64,000 nt of DNA. It comes from Burkholderiales bacterium (GTDB lineage: Bacteria > Pseudomonadota > Gammaproteobacteria > Burkholderiales > SG8-39). The notes beneath the pieces were generated by a model. The model was not told the DNA's origin. It searched no databases and saw only the letters and a list, made by a program, of their open reading frames with translations. The position numbers and the translations under genes were made by a program. Location: positions 13,519 through 77,518 of the forward strand of contig DASZOS010000051.1 in assembly GCA_035550695.1 (NCBI GenBank), written 5' to 3'. Positions 13,184 through 24,703 of this stretch are shown piece after piece; positions within the stretch are counted from its first letter, which is position 1, and each line of letters opens with the position of its first letter.

Positions 13184-14343
13184 TGCGCGGCCGCGGCGCC
13201 GCTGCCCTCGCCGCGGCGACGGCGCTGAATCTGCCGTTCGGCACGCTGTACGCCTTCAGCGTTTTCCTGAGGCCCATGGAGGCGCTGCTCGGCGTCGGAC
13301 GCGCAGAGATGAGCGTGGTTTTCGCGCTCGCCACCATCACTCTCACCGTGGCGATGAATCTCGCGCCGTGGCTCTACGGGAAACATCCATCCTGGCTGCT
13401 CGCGCTCGGCTGCGGAGCCTGCAGCGCGGCGGGGCTCGCCCTCGCCGCCGGCGCCTCGAGCTTCGCGCAGTTCGCCTTCGGCTACGGCGTGCTCTTCGGC
13501 GTGGGCGCGGGCGCCGGTTACATTCTCGTGCAGCAGGGCGTGAACCAGACCGTGTCGAGCCGAACCGGGCTCGCCAACGGATACGTCGTCAGTCTTTACC
13601 CGCTGGGCGCCATGATCGGCGCGCCGCTGTTCGGCTGGACGATCGAGGCCTGGGGCATCCGCGCCACGCTCGCCGTCCTCGGCGTCGCGGTGTTCGCCGG
13701 CTGCGCGCTGACCGCCGCGCTACTGCGCGCCGCCGAGATCCGCATGCACGACGCCTCGGCTACCTCCGAGGAGCAGCAAGACGCGCAGCACTCGCTAGTC
13801 TTCCTGCTCGCGAGCGTGTTCTTTCTCGCCGCGGCCGCGGGCCTCATGGTGATGAGCCAGGCCGCGGGGATGGTCCAGGCCTACGGCGGGGACACGGCCA
13901 TCGCGGTCGGCGCGACCACGCTCATCACCGGCGCGGTCGGGGCCGCGCGCATCGCCGGCGGCTGGCTCGTCGACCGCTTCGCCGTGCCCGTGGTCGCTGC
14001 CGGCGCCCACCTCATTTCTCTCTTGGGAACAGTTACCTTGTCGGTGTGGCCGAGCCCGATTGTGGCGGTGTCCGCTCTCTCCATGATCGGCATCGGCTAC
14101 GGCCTCGTCTCGGGCCTCACCGCCGCGGCGATCGCGCGGTACTGGCACCGCAACGCATTCGGCCGCGTCGCTGGCCGGCTCTACATCGCGTGGTGCGTCG
14201 CGGCCGTCAGCCTGCCCGTGCTTGCCGGCTGGCTTTACGACCTGACGCGGGGTTACGGCACCGCCGTGCTCATCGCGGCGGGCGTGAACTTGCTCGGAAT
14301 GTGGGCGGCATGGCAGCTGCCGGCGCACATGAAGAACCGGTAG
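13183..14343 (+). CDS. MFS transporter (oxalate/formate antiporter-like)
   Basis: 386 aa, about 12 hydrophobic segments; GTG start overlaps the ffh stop (TAGTG). Confidence 0.75.
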   Translation: MRGRGAAALAAATALNLPFGTLYAFSVFLRPMEALLGVGRAEMSVVFALATITLTVAMNLAPWLYGKHPSWLLALGCGACSAAGLALAAGASSFAQFAFGYGVLFGVGAGAGYILVQQGVNQTVSSRTGLANGYVVSLYPLGAMIGAPLFGWTIEAWGIRATLAVLGVAVFAGCALTAALLRAAEIRMHDASATSEEQQDAQHSLVFLLASVFFLAAAAGLMVMSQAAGMVQAYGGDTAIAVGATTLITGAVGAARIAGGWLVDRFAVPVVAAGAHLISLLGTVTLSVWPSPIVAVSALSMIGIGYGLVSGLTAAAIARYWHRNAFGRVAGRLYIAWCVAAVSLPVLAGWLYDLTRGYGTAVLIAAGVNLLGMWAAWQLPAHMKNR

Positions 14344-14352
14344 AGTGAAGGC

Positions 14353-15282
14353 ATGTCCCAGGCCGCCAACCGCACGCTCGTCTGCAGCGTGCTGTTCATC
14401 GACATCGTCGGCTACTCGAAGCGGGGCGTCGACGATCAGGTGCGGCTCAAGCAGAAGTTCAACGCGGTGATCTCGGGCGCGCTGCAGCAGGTGCCGCGCC
14501 ACGAGCGTATCGTCGTCGATACCGGCGACGGCGCCGCCATCAGTTTCCTGGAGAACCCGGAGAGCGCCCTGTTTTCGGCGCTCGGGATTTTGGACCACAT
14601 CGGCGAGGTGCCCGTACGCATGGGCATCAACCTCGGACCGGTCACGCTGATGGAGGACATCAACGGGCGCGACAACGTGGTGGGCGACGGCATCAACTCG
14701 GCCGAGCGCATCATGGGATTCGCTCGCGAGGGCCAGCTGCTCGTGTCGCGCTCGTTCTTCGAGGTCGTCTCGCGCCTGTCGCAGGAGTACGCGGCGTTGT
14801 TCAACCAGGAGGCGCCGCGCACCGACAAGCACGAGCGCGCGCACGACCTGTATTCGATGAGCGACGCGGTGCGCGTCGGCCGTCGCGTCGCCCAGGCGCA
14901 TGCGCGCATGAAGGAAGAGCGCCGCGCTGCGCCGGCCGCTGACGCCGCCCCGCCTCGGGTATTCGATGCCGGCACCCACTATGTCGTCTCGGGTTACAGC
15001 GAGGCGGCGGTGCGCGAGCTGGTCCGGCAGCTCGAAGGAAAGGGCCACAAGCTCGTTTCGGCGGTCGTGCAGGTGGGCAGCAAGTGGCTGGCGGGCGTGG
15101 ACAATCCCAAGCTCGCAGTCGCGGCAACGGTCGAGGAGTTCGGCTTCAAGCGCATCGTGTCCGCGCCCACGCGCGAGGCCGTCGCTGCCAAGGTCGCGGA
15201 TCTCGTCGACCGCGGCGCCGTGCTCGTCCAGGAGCCGGAGTTCGCCGACGGCGTCTGGACCGCGGTGTGCGAGAAGCTCTGA
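14353..15282 (+). CDS. class III adenylate/guanylate cyclase domain protein with uncharacterised C-terminal domain
   Basis: Cyclase homology domain: metal Asp motifs LFIDIVGYS and DTGDGAAISF, transition-state GDGINSAERI; residues ~200-309 match nothing I recognise. Confidence 0.75.
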   Translation: MSQAANRTLVCSVLFIDIVGYSKRGVDDQVRLKQKFNAVISGALQQVPRHERIVVDTGDGAAISFLENPESALFSALGILDHIGEVPVRMGINLGPVTLMEDINGRDNVVGDGINSAERIMGFAREGQLLVSRSFFEVVSRLSQEYAALFNQEAPRTDKHERAHDLYSMSDAVRVGRRVAQAHARMKEERRAAPAADAAPPRVFDAGTHYVVSGYSEAAVRELVRQLEGKGHKLVSAVVQVGSKWLAGVDNPKLAVAATVEEFGFKRIVSAPTREAVAAKVADLVDRGAVLVQEPEFADGVWTAVCEKL

Positions 15283-15293
15283 GCGCCAGAAGC

Positions 15294-15323
15294 TTCCCAG
15301 AAACCTGATTTCTCCCGTATAAT
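15294..15323 (+). promoter_or_regulatory. candidate sigma70 promoter of the rpsP operon
   Basis: TTCCCA (15294-15299), 18-nt spacer, perfect TATAAT (15318-15323), 34 nt before the rpsP ATG. Confidence 0.4.
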
Positions 15324-15356
15324 CCGCGCCTTTTCGCGGTTTACGGGGACCTCCCA

Positions 15357-15608
15357 ATGGTTGTGATTCGACTGCAGCGCGGCGGCGCGAACAAGCGCCC
15401 GTTCTTTCACGTCGTGGTGGCGGACTCGCGGCGCGCGGCGTCGGGCAAGTTCATCGAGCGGCTGGGGTTCTACGACCCGAAGGCGCCGCAGGGGCGCGAA
15501 GCGCTGCGGGTGAACATGGAGCGCGTGAAGCACTGGACCGGCAAGGGCGCGCAGCTTTCGGCGACGGCGAAGCGCCTGGTCAAGCAGTTTGCAAAGAAAG
15601 CCGCCTGA
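15357..15608 (+). CDS. rpsP: 30S ribosomal protein S16
   Basis: 83 aa, [25 protein letters not shown]. Confidence 0.97.
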   Translation: MVVIRLQRGGANKRPFFHVVVADSRRAASGKFIERLGFYDPKAPQGREALRVNMERVKHWTGKGAQLSATAKRLVKQFAKKAA

Positions 15609-16089
15609 GCGGCTGATAAGGATGGGCCGCGTAGCCGGATCCTACGGCGTGCGCGGATGGGTGAAGGTAGCGCCCGACCGTGGCGCCGAGGAAGCGCTGG
15701 CGGGGGCGAAGGAATGGTGGATCGGCGCCGAGCCTTATCCGGTAGCGCAGGCGAAGATCCATGGCGCCACGGTGGTAGGCAAGCTCGCCGGAATCGAAAC
15801 CCGCGAGCAGGCGCTGGGTTTGAAGGCACAGCCGGTCGCGGTACGGCGCGAAGCGTTGCCCGAGCCGGGCGAAGGCAGGTACTACCTCGCGGACCTCGTG
15901 GGCCTCGAGGTGCTGAACGAGCAGGGCGAGACGCTCGGCGTGGTGAAGCAGACGTTCTCGAGCGGCGCGCAGGACGTGATCGAAGTGGCCGGCGAGCGCA
16001 CGCGGCTGATCCCCTGGGTGGCCGCGGTAGTGAAAGAAGTGAATTTGTCGAAAAAGCAAATTCACGTGGACTGGGGAGCGGACTGGTGA
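15589..16089 (+). CDS. rimM: ribosome maturation factor RimM
   Basis: [15 protein letters not shown] motif; TTG start at 15589 (alternative ATG at 15622). Confidence 0.9.
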   Translation: MQRKPPERLIRMGRVAGSYGVRGWVKVAPDRGAEEALAGAKEWWIGAEPYPVAQAKIHGATVVGKLAGIETREQALGLKAQPVAVRREALPEPGEGRYYLADLVGLEVLNEQGETLGVVKQTFSSGAQDVIEVAGERTRLIPWVAAVVKEVNLSKKQIHVDWGADW

Positions 16090-16829
16090 TCCGCTTCGAC
16101 GTGGTGACGCTGTTCCCCGAGATGTTCGCCGCGGTGGCCGGGAGCGGCATCACCGGCCGGGCCCTCGAGAAAGGGTTGTGGGCGCTGACGACGTGGAATC
16201 CGCGCGATTTCACGACGGACAATTACCGGATGGTCGATGACCGTCCTTACGGCGGCGGGCCGGGCATGGTGATGCTGGCCGAGCCGCTGGAGCGAACATT
16301 GGACGCGGTGAAGACCGCGGGCGGGGGCCGGGTGATCTACCTGTCGCCGCAGGGCAGGAAGCTCGATCACCACAGGGTGATGGAGCTCGCGCACGAAGAA
16401 GCGCTCACGCTGCTTTGCGGGCGCTACGAGGGCGTCGACGAAAGGCTGCTCCGGCGGCGCGTCGACGAGGAGGTCTCCATCGGGGACTTCGTCCTTTCGG
16501 GCGGCGAGCTGGCGGCGATGGCGCTGATGGACGCGGTGGTCAGGCAGCTGCCTGGCGCGGTGGGGGATAGCTTCTCGGTGACGGAAGAATCCTTCGCCGA
16601 CGGGCTGCTCGATTGCCCGCAGTACACGCGACCCGAGGTGTACCGGGGCGATCGGGTACCCGAGGTGCTGCTTTCGGGGCACCATGAGAAGATCCGGCGC
16701 TGGCGGTTGAAGCAGGCGCTGGGACGCACCTGGGTGCGAAGGCCGGATCTGCTGGCGGTCCGGAAGCAGAACCAAGAGGAAAGCAGTCTGCTGGAGGAAT
16801 TCCAGCAAGAAAGCGGAGCGAAGTCATGA
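16086..16829 (+). CDS. trmD: tRNA (guanine37-N1)-methyltransferase
   Basis: GTG at 16086 overlaps the rimM stop; [26 protein letters not shown]. Confidence 0.95.
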   Translation: MIRFDVVTLFPEMFAAVAGSGITGRALEKGLWALTTWNPRDFTTDNYRMVDDRPYGGGPGMVMLAEPLERTLDAVKTAGGGRVIYLSPQGRKLDHHRVMELAHEEALTLLCGRYEGVDERLLRRRVDEEVSIGDFVLSGGELAAMALMDAVVRQLPGAVGDSFSVTEESFADGLLDCPQYTRPEVYRGDRVPEVLLSGHHEKIRRWRLKQALGRTWVRRPDLLAVRKQNQEESSLLEEFQQESGAKS

Positions 16830-17203
16830 ACCTGATCCAGACACTCGAGCAGGAAGAAATCAAGCGGCTCGCCAAGAACATCCCCGATTTCTCGCCGGGC
16901 GACACGGTGGTGGTGAACGTGAACGTCGTCGAGGGCGAAAGAAAGCGCGTGCAGGCGTTCGAAGGCGTGGTGATCGCCAAGCGCAACCGCGGCCTCAATT
17001 CCTCCTTCATCGTGCGCAAGATCTCGTCCGGCGAAGGCGTGGAGCGCACCTTCCAGACCCACTCGCCGCTCATCGCCTCGATTGAGGTGAAGCGCAAGGG
17101 CGACGTGCGCCGCTCGAAGCTGTACTACCTGCGCAGCCGCTCCGGCAAGTCGGCGCGCATTCGCGAGCGCACCGGCGGCCAGGAAACGGAAGCAGCCGAA
17201 TAA
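16826..17203 (+). CDS. rplS: 50S ribosomal protein L19
   Basis: 125 aa; ATGA overlap with trmD; [16 protein letters not shown]. Confidence 0.97.
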   Translation: MNLIQTLEQEEIKRLAKNIPDFSPGDTVVVNVNVVEGERKRVQAFEGVVIAKRNRGLNSSFIVRKISSGEGVERTFQTHSPLIASIEVKRKGDVRRSKLYYLRSRSGKSARIRERTGGQETEAAE

Positions 17204-17223
17204 AACAAGCATAAAATCGGGCT

Positions 17224-18330
17224 ATGCGCAGAGAGACCGCTGCCATCAGCCCGATCGCCGAGATCGTGTCGGCGATCCGCGCCGGCGACATCGTGATCCT
17301 CGTCGACGACGAGGACCGCGAGAACGAAGGCGACCTGGTTTTTGCGGCCGACTTCGTCACGCCCGAGAAGATCAATTTCCTCGCGAAGCACGGGCGCGGC
17401 CTGATCTGCATGCCGATCACCGAGCCGCACGCGCAGCGCTTGGGCTTGAGGCCGATGGTCGAGCAGAACCGCTCGCGCCACGGCACCAATTTCACCGTCT
17501 CGATCGAGGCCGCCGAGGGCATCTCCACCGGCATCTCCGCGCACGACCGCGCGCTGACCGTCAAGGCCGCCGCCGCGCCCGACGCCAAGACCGAGGACAT
17601 CGTGCATCCCGGCCACGTTTTCCCGCTGGTGGCCCAGCCCGGCGGCGTGCTGGTGCGCGCCGGGCATACCGAAGCCTGCTGCGATCTCGCGCGCCTCGCC
17701 GGGCTCACGCCGGCGGCGGTGCTGTGCGAGATCATGCGCGACGACGGCACCATGGCGCGGCTGCCGGATCTCATCGAGTTCGCCGCGCAGCACAAGCTCA
17801 AGATCGGCACGATCGCCGACCTGATCGAATACCGCAGCCGCAACGAATCGCTGGTGCAGCGCGCCTCCGAGCGCGACATCCGCACGCCCTGGGGCGAGTT
17901 CCGCCTGGTGGCGTATCGCGACCTGGCGCTCGGTTCGATCCACCTCGCGCTGGTCCTGGGGACGCCGAGCGCGCAAGACGATATCCTCGTGCGCGTGCAC
18001 GAGCCGCTCTCGCTCATCGACCTGCTCGACGCTGGACCGAGCACCCACTCGTGGGGCGTGGGCGAGGCGCTGGAGGCCATCCGCAAAGCCGGGGCCGGCG
18101 TCATGGTGCTGCTCAACTGCACGCAGAGCACCGAGGCGCTGGAGGCGCGGCTCGCCGAAAGCGGTGTGCCGCGCCGGGCAATGGACCTGCGCCTCTACGG
18201 CATCGGCGCCCAGATCCTGCGCGAGCTCGGCGTGCGGCGCATGCGACTGATGGCGGCGCCGCGCAAGATGCCGAGCATGGCGGGATTCGGCCTCGAAGTC
18301 ACCGGCTACGCCGACCTCCCCAAGCGCTAG
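17224..18330 (+). CDS. ribBA: bifunctional 3,4-dihydroxy-2-butanone-4-phosphate synthase / GTP cyclohydrolase II-like
   Basis: 368 aa; [15 protein letters not shown] (RibB) followed by a RibA-like C-terminal half. Confidence 0.92.
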   Translation: MRRETAAISPIAEIVSAIRAGDIVILVDDEDRENEGDLVFAADFVTPEKINFLAKHGRGLICMPITEPHAQRLGLRPMVEQNRSRHGTNFTVSIEAAEGISTGISAHDRALTVKAAAAPDAKTEDIVHPGHVFPLVAQPGGVLVRAGHTEACCDLARLAGLTPAAVLCEIMRDDGTMARLPDLIEFAAQHKLKIGTIADLIEYRSRNESLVQRASERDIRTPWGEFRLVAYRDLALGSIHLALVLGTPSAQDDILVRVHEPLSLIDLLDAGPSTHSWGVGEALEAIRKAGAGVMVLLNCTQSTEALEARLAESGVPRRAMDLRLYGIGAQILRELGVRRMRLMAAPRKMPSMAGFGLEVTGYADLPKR

Positions 18331-18343
18331 GCGGGAGCCTCAC

Positions 18344-18757
18344 ATGCGCCTCGGTATCGTCGCCAGCCGGTTCAACGAAGAGATCTCCTCGCAGCTGCTC
18401 GAGCGTGCGCGCGCGGCGGCGCGCGAGCTGGGCGTCGAGGTGACAGTGATCAACGTGCCCGGCGCGCTCGAAATCCCGATCGCGCTGCAATGGATGGCGC
18501 AATCGGGCCGCTTCGGTGCGCTCGCGGCCGTCGGTGCGGTGATCCGCGGCGAGACCTATCATTTCGAGGTGGTGGCGAACGAGTCGGCGCGCGGTCTGAT
18601 GGACGTCGCGCTCGAGTTCGGCCTGCCGATCGGCAATGGAATCCTCACCGTACGCGATGAGGTACAGGCCATGGCGCGGCTGGAGAAGGGTGCCGAGGCG
18701 GTGCGCGTGGCGGTGGAAATGGCGAGGCTGAAGGAGCGCATGCATGAAGAGCGCTAG
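18344..18757 (+). CDS. ribH: 6,7-dimethyl-8-ribityllumazine synthase (short form)
   Basis: 137 aa; [27 protein letters not shown] motifs; N-terminus shorter than E. coli RibH. Confidence 0.9.
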   Translation: MRLGIVASRFNEEISSQLLERARAAARELGVEVTVINVPGALEIPIALQWMAQSGRFGALAAVGAVIRGETYHFEVVANESARGLMDVALEFGLPIGNGILTVRDEVQAMARLEKGAEAVRVAVEMARLKERMHEER

Positions 18758-19172
18758 GCGCCAGGCGCGGGAGATCGCCCTGCAGGCGCTCTACGCCTGG
18801 CAGTTGTCGGGCGACGATCCGCTCGCCCAAGCGCGCTCGATCGAGGGTTTCGAGAAGACCGATGCCCGGTTTGTCGAAGTCCTGCTGCGCGGAGTACTCG
18901 GCCGCGCCGACGAGTTGCGCGACATGATGAGCCCGCATCTCAGCCGCGAGTTCGCGAAGCTCTCGCCGGTCGAGCGCGCCATCCTCTACATCGGCACCTT
19001 CGAGCTCGCCGCGCATCCCGAAACGCCCTTCAAGGTGGTGCTGAACGAGGCGGTGGAGCTCGGCAAGAGCTTCGGCGCCACCGACGGCTACCGCTTCGTC
19101 AACGGCGTGCTCGAGAAAATCGCCGCCGACCTGCGTCCCGACGAGGTCGCGCGCGCCAGAACGAACGTCTGA
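18744..19172 (+). CDS. nusB: transcription antitermination factor NusB
   Basis: 142 aa; [17 protein letters not shown]; conserved ribH-nusB-thiL order. Confidence 0.93.
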   Translation: MKSARRQAREIALQALYAWQLSGDDPLAQARSIEGFEKTDARFVEVLLRGVLGRADELRDMMSPHLSREFAKLSPVERAILYIGTFELAAHPETPFKVVLNEAVELGKSFGATDGYRFVNGVLEKIAADLRPDEVARARTNV

Positions 19173-20104
19173 ACGAGTTCGACATCATCAGGCGCTACTT
19201 CGACCGGCGGCCGAAAAGGGCGCTGATGGGAGTGGGCGACGATTGCGCGCTGGTGCGGCCGGACGCGGGGCTCGATCTCGCGGTCACCACCGACCTGCTG
19301 GTCGAGGGGCGGCATTTCCTGCCCGGCGCCGAGCCGCGCGCGCTCGGCCACAAGGCGCTCGCGGTGAACCTGTCCGACCTCGCCGCAATGGGCGCCGCGC
19401 CCCGATGGGTGACGCTGTCGCTTGCGTTGCCGGCGGCCGACGAAGCGTGGCTTGCCGCGTTCTCCGAGGGCTTCTTCGCACTCGCCGAGCGCCACGGCGT
19501 GGATCTCATCGGCGGCGACACCACGCGCGGGCCGCAGCTCGTGATCAGCGTTACGGCGCTCGGCGAGGTGCCTTCGGGACTCGCGCTTTACCGCGGTGGC
19601 GCGCGCGCCGGCGACGACATCTGGGTCTCGGGCGAGCTGGGCGGTGCGGCGCTCGCCCTCGTGCACCCCGAGATCCCCGAAGCGGCGCTGCGGCTGCACC
19701 GCCCCGAGCCGCGCGCCGAGCTCGGGGAGCGCTTGCGCGGCCTAGCGCACGCCGCGATCGACGTGTCGGACGGCCTCGCAGGGGATCTGCGGCACATCGC
19801 GGAGCGCTCCGATCTCGGCGCCGTGGTGCACTACGCGGACATCCCGCGGCCGGCAGCGTTCGCGAAGCTCGACGACGAAAATCTGGAGCGCGATTGCGTG
19901 CTGTCCGGGGGTGACGACTACGAGCTGCTGTTCACCGCTGCGCGCGAGCGCCGCGCCGAGCTCGAAGCGCTGTCGCGCGAGCTCGACATCGCGCTGACGC
20001 GCATCGGTAGCGTGCACAAAGGCGCGGCCGAGGTGGTCGTGCTCGATGCGCACAAGAAGCCCATCGCCTGCCGCGGCGGATTCGACCACTTCGGCGCCCG
20101 ATGA
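19169..20104 (+). CDS. thiL: thiamine-monophosphate kinase
   Basis: GDDCAL and GGDTT motifs; the conserved N-terminal EFDIIRRYF lies upstream of the first ATG (19226), implying a CTG start at 19169 overlapping the nusB stop. Confidence 0.85.
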   Translation: MNEFDIIRRYFDRRPKRALMGVGDDCALVRPDAGLDLAVTTDLLVEGRHFLPGAEPRALGHKALAVNLSDLAAMGAAPRWVTLSLALPAADEAWLAAFSEGFFALAERHGVDLIGGDTTRGPQLVISVTALGEVPSGLALYRGGARAGDDIWVSGELGGAALALVHPEIPEAALRLHRPEPRAELGERLRGLAHAAIDVSDGLAGDLRHIAERSDLGAVVHYADIPRPAAFAKLDDENLERDCVLSGGDDYELLFTAARERRAELEALSRELDIALTRIGSVHKGAAEVVVLDAHKKPIACRGGFDHFGAR

Positions 20105-20586
20105 TCGTCTTCCGGCCGAGCGCGGGCTTCGCGTTCTCGCATCCCGCGCATTTCATTGCGCTCGGCTTCGGTGCGGGCCTCGCGCGCATCGCCCCCGGTA
20201 CCTTCGGCACGCTCGCCGCCTGGCCGGTAGGCTGGGCGCTCGCCGGGGCCAACGCCGCGGTCGTGCTCGGCATCGTCGGGGCGTTCTTCATCCTGGGCGT
20301 CTGGGCCTGCGGGCTCACCGGCACGCACCTCGGCATCGACGACCACTCTTCCATGGTATGCGACGAGTTCGTCGCCTTTCTGCTGGTGCTCGCCATCGTG
20401 CCGCGCGAGCTCGGGTGGCAGCTCGGGGCCTTCGTGGCATTCCGCTTCTTCGACATCGTCAAGCCGCCGCCGATTCGCTGGCTAGAGCGCCGCTATAAGG
20501 GCGGCTTCGGCGTCATGGTCGACGACATCGTGGCCGCAGCCTGCGCACTGCTCGTCCTCGCCGTCGTCAAGAGGCTCGCCTTCTGA
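20101..20586 (+). CDS. pgpA: phosphatidylglycerophosphatase A
   Basis: 161 aa; ATGA overlap with thiL; FRFFDIVKPPPI motif. Confidence 0.9.
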   Translation: MIVFRPSAGFAFSHPAHFIALGFGAGLARIAPGTFGTLAAWPVGWALAGANAAVVLGIVGAFFILGVWACGLTGTHLGIDDHSSMVCDEFVAFLLVLAIVPRELGWQLGAFVAFRFFDIVKPPPIRWLERRYKGGFGVMVDDIVAAACALLVLAVVKRLAF

Positions 20587-21062
20587 TGGAAGCGCTGGCA
20601 AAGAGGCTGGGCGAGCGCCTCAAGGCGTCCAGGGCCATGCTCGTCACCGCCGAATCCTGCACCGGCGGGTGGGCCGCACAGCTCGTCACCTCCGTTCCGG
20701 GGTCCTCCGAATGGTTCGAGCGCGGGTTCGTGAGCTACTCGAACGCCGCGAAGCAGGAACTGCTCGGCGTGCGCGCGGAAACGCTCGCGCGCCATGGCGC
20801 GGTCAGCGAGCAGACCGCGCGCGAAATGGCGCTCGGAGCGCTCGCTCGCGGCAAGGGCACGCATGCGCTTGCGATCACCGGAGTCGCCGGGCCCAGCGGC
20901 GGCAGCCGCGAGAAGCCCGTCGGCACCGTCTGCTTCGCGTGGGCCGATGCGGCGGGGTGCCGCTCGGAGACGGCGCGCTTCACGGGCGATCGCGAAGCGG
21001 TGCGCCGCCTGTCGGTTATCCATGCCCTCGAAGGGGTGTTGAGGCGTCTTGACGCGGCCTGA
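20586..21062 (+). CDS. pncC: CinA C-terminal domain / nicotinamide-nucleotide amidohydrolase
   Basis: 158 aa; AESCTGGW...VSYSN...TGVAGPSGG. Confidence 0.85.
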   Translation: MEALAKRLGERLKASRAMLVTAESCTGGWAAQLVTSVPGSSEWFERGFVSYSNAAKQELLGVRAETLARHGAVSEQTAREMALGALARGKGTHALAITGVAGPSGGSREKPVGTVCFAWADAAGCRSETARFTGDREAVRRLSVIHALEGVLRRLDAA

Positions 21063-21082
21063 GGGAGCCCATACATAGGGAC

Positions 21083-22421
21083 ATGGCTTCCGTCCGTCCT
21101 GCCGCCGTCGCCGGCATGTTTTATCCCCGCGACGCCCGCGCGCTGGGCGCGGAGCTCGAAGATCTGCTCGGCGACGTCGCGCACTTCGCGCCGCGGCTGG
21201 GCTTTCCGAAGGCCCTGGTCGTCCCGCACGCCGGATACGTTTATTCCGGCCCCGTCGCCGCGCGCGCCTACGATGAGCTCGGCCCGGCGCGCGACATCGT
21301 GCGCCGCGTGGTGCTGCTCGGCCCGGTGCACCGCGTGCCGGTGCGCGGACTCGCCGTGCCCACCTGCGACGCTTTCGAAACGCCGCTGGGGCGCGTGCCG
21401 ATCGACCGCGCCGCGGTGCAGGCGGCGCAGGCGCTGCCGCAGGTGGTGCGAAGCGACTCGGCGCATGCGATGGAGCATTCCCTGGAAGTGCAGCTGCCGT
21501 TCCTGCAGAAGCTGCTCGGCGAGTTCTCGCTCGTGCCTTTCGCGGTCGGCACGGCGAGCGTGGATGAAGTCGCCCAACTCCTCGAGCATCTGTGGGGCGG
21601 ACCGGAGACGCTGGTCGTGATCTCGACCGACCTTTCGCATTACCACAGCTACGACGAGGCGCGGCGCATCGATGGCGAGACGCTCGCGCGGATCGCCGGT
21701 TACGCCTGCGACATCGACCACGAGGAAGCCTGCGGCGCGACTCCGCTGAACGGCCTGCTTGCGCTGGCGAAGAAGAAGAACGTGCCGATCAAGCTGCTCG
21801 CGGCATGCAACTCCGGCGACACCGCGGGAGGGAAAGGACAGGTCGTCGGCTACTCGTCGTTCGCCCTGTACGAGAACAGTGGCGTGTCGCTCGATGTCGC
21901 GGGGCGCGTGCTCCTCGGCGTCGCACGCGGCGCGATCGAGAGCCGGTTGTCCGGCGCCGAGCACAGCCTTGCGCAGGACCCGTGGCTCAACCAGGCGGGT
22001 GCAAGCTTCGTCACTTTGAGGAAGAGCGGCGCGCTGCGCGGCTGCATCGGCAGCCTCGACGCGCTGCGTGCGCTCGGCGCCGACGTGGCGGAGAACGCGG
22101 TAGGCGCCGCGTTTCGCGATCCGCGCTTTCCGGCGCTGGCGTCCGACGAATGGCCGCAGTGCCGGGTGGAAGTGTCGCTGCTGTCGCGGCCCAAGCCGCT
22201 GCGCTTTGCCGACGAGGCGGATCTCCTCGAGCAGGTCGTCGCCGGCGAGGACGGGCTCATTCTCGAAGCGCAGGGAAGGCGCGCGACTTTCCTGCCGCAG
22301 GTCTGGGAGAGCGTCCCGGAGCCGCGCGCTTTTCTCGATGAATTGATCAGGAAGGCGGGGCTGCCGGCGGACACGCGGCTCGCGCGCTGCAAGATTTCGC
22401 GGTACCGGGTGGTGAAATTCG

Positions 22422-22432
<11 letters not shown>
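21083..22432 (+). CDS. AmmeMemoRadiSam system protein B (Memo-like) fused to protein A (AMMECR1)
   Basis: N-terminus AVAGMFYP...VVPHAGYVYSG (Memo); C-terminus GASFVTLRKSGALRGCIGS (AMMECR1) in a single 449-aa ORF. Confidence 0.85.
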
Positions 22433-23489
<1,057 letters not shown>

Positions 23490-23539
23490 AAGCCGCACCC
23501 GGCTCGGGTGCGTGGGTCGCGGCGCTGTGCACGAGCCGC

Positions 23540-24703
23540 ATGCTCGCCGCGACGTGGTTCGTCGCCTACTCGGCGGTATTGCCGCTCACGCAGGTCGAAT
23601 GGGGCCTGTCCGGCAAGCAGGCGGGGCTCATCCAGTCGGGTTTCCATCTCGGCTACCTCACTTCGCTTTTCATCGTCGGCTTCATCGCGGACCACTTCGG
23701 CGCGAAGCGCGCCTATATCGTCACCGGGGTGGCGGCCTGCCTCAGTCCATGGGCCTTCGTGCTGTTCGCCGACGGCTTCTGGTCGGCGTTCTGGCTGCAC
23801 GCGTTTACCGGCCTGTGCCAGGGCGGCACGTACACGCCGGCGCTCTCGCTCATCAACGACAACGTCGAGCACGAGCGCCGCGGCCGCGCGATGGGCTATT
23901 TCATCGCCGGATCGAGCGCCGGCTACGCCATCTGCCTCGGGGTCGCGGGGCTCGCCATGAAATTCACCGACTGGCGCGGAGCGCTGGGCGTGGTCGCGGT
24001 TCTGCCGCTGATCTCGTGGGTGTCGGGCGTTCTGGTGCTGCGGCACACCCCGAACTTCGTGCACGAGCGCCCGGTGGGCGAGCCGCTGTTCGCTGCGCTG
24101 CCTGCGGTGCTGGGAAACCGCAAAGGCATGCTCTCGATCTGGGGCTACAGCTTCCACAACTGGGAGCTCCTCGGCATCTGGGCCTGGCTGCCGGCTTTTC
24201 TCACGGCGGCGTTGCTCGCGCACGGCTCATCGCCGGAAAACGCGCTGCTATTCGCAGGCATGACCTATGTCGCGAACATCGCCGGCTCCATCGCCGGCGG
24301 CACCATGGCCGACAGGTGGGGCCGCACGCAGACCATCCTGACCTGGTCCTGCTTGAGCCTCGCGATATCCTTCTCCATCGGCTGGCTGATCGCGTTGCCG
24401 ATCGCGTTGCTGGTGGCGCTCGCCTGCCTGTACAACTTCGCCGGCATTGCCGATTCCGCCACTCACTCCACCGTGCTCGCCGAAAGCGTGCCTCCCCATT
24501 ACCTCGGCGTAGCCTTCGCGGTGCGCTCCGTGATCGGTTTCGGCGCGGGCGTGATTAGCCCGTTCGTTTTCGGCTGGGCGCTCGACTTCGCGGGCGGCGG
24601 CAAGAGCTCGACCGATGCGTACGCCTGGGGCATCGCCTGGGCGACGCTCGGCATTGGAGGATTGCTAGGTCCGGTGGCCACTCGGCGACTGCAGAAACTA
24701 TGA
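23540..24703 (+). CDS. MFS transporter
   Basis: About 387 aa and polytopic; ATG at 23540 chosen because the longer ORF (23399) overlaps the previous gene. Confidence 0.75.
   Translation: MLAATWFVAYSAVLPLTQVEWGLSGKQAGLIQSGFHLGYLTSLFIVGFIADHFGAKRAYIVTGVAACLSPWAFVLFADGFWSAFWLHAFTGLCQGGTYTPALSLINDNVEHERRGRAMGYFIAGSSAGYAICLGVAGLAMKFTDWRGALGVVAVLPLISWVSGVLVLRHTPNFVHERPVGEPLFAALPAVLGNRKGMLSIWGYSFHNWELLGIWAWLPAFLTAALLAHGSSPENALLFAGMTYVANIAGSIAGGTMADRWGRTQTILTWSCLSLAISFSIGWLIALPIALLVALACLYNFAGIADSATHSTVLAESVPPHYLGVAFAVRSVIGFGAGVISPFVFGWALDFAGGGKSSTDAYAWGIAWATLGIGGLLGPVATRRLQKL

Noticed and set aside
14353-15282. Pycsar- or CBASS-type antiphage cyclase.
   Set aside because: There is no adjacent effector (TIR, TM-pore, nuclease or phospholipase). 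The neighbours are an MFS transporter and ribosomal genes, so the sequence gives no support for a defence role.
17204-17223. FMN riboswitch upstream of ribBA.
   Set aside because: Only 20 nt separate rplS from ribBA, which is far too short for an FMN aptamer.
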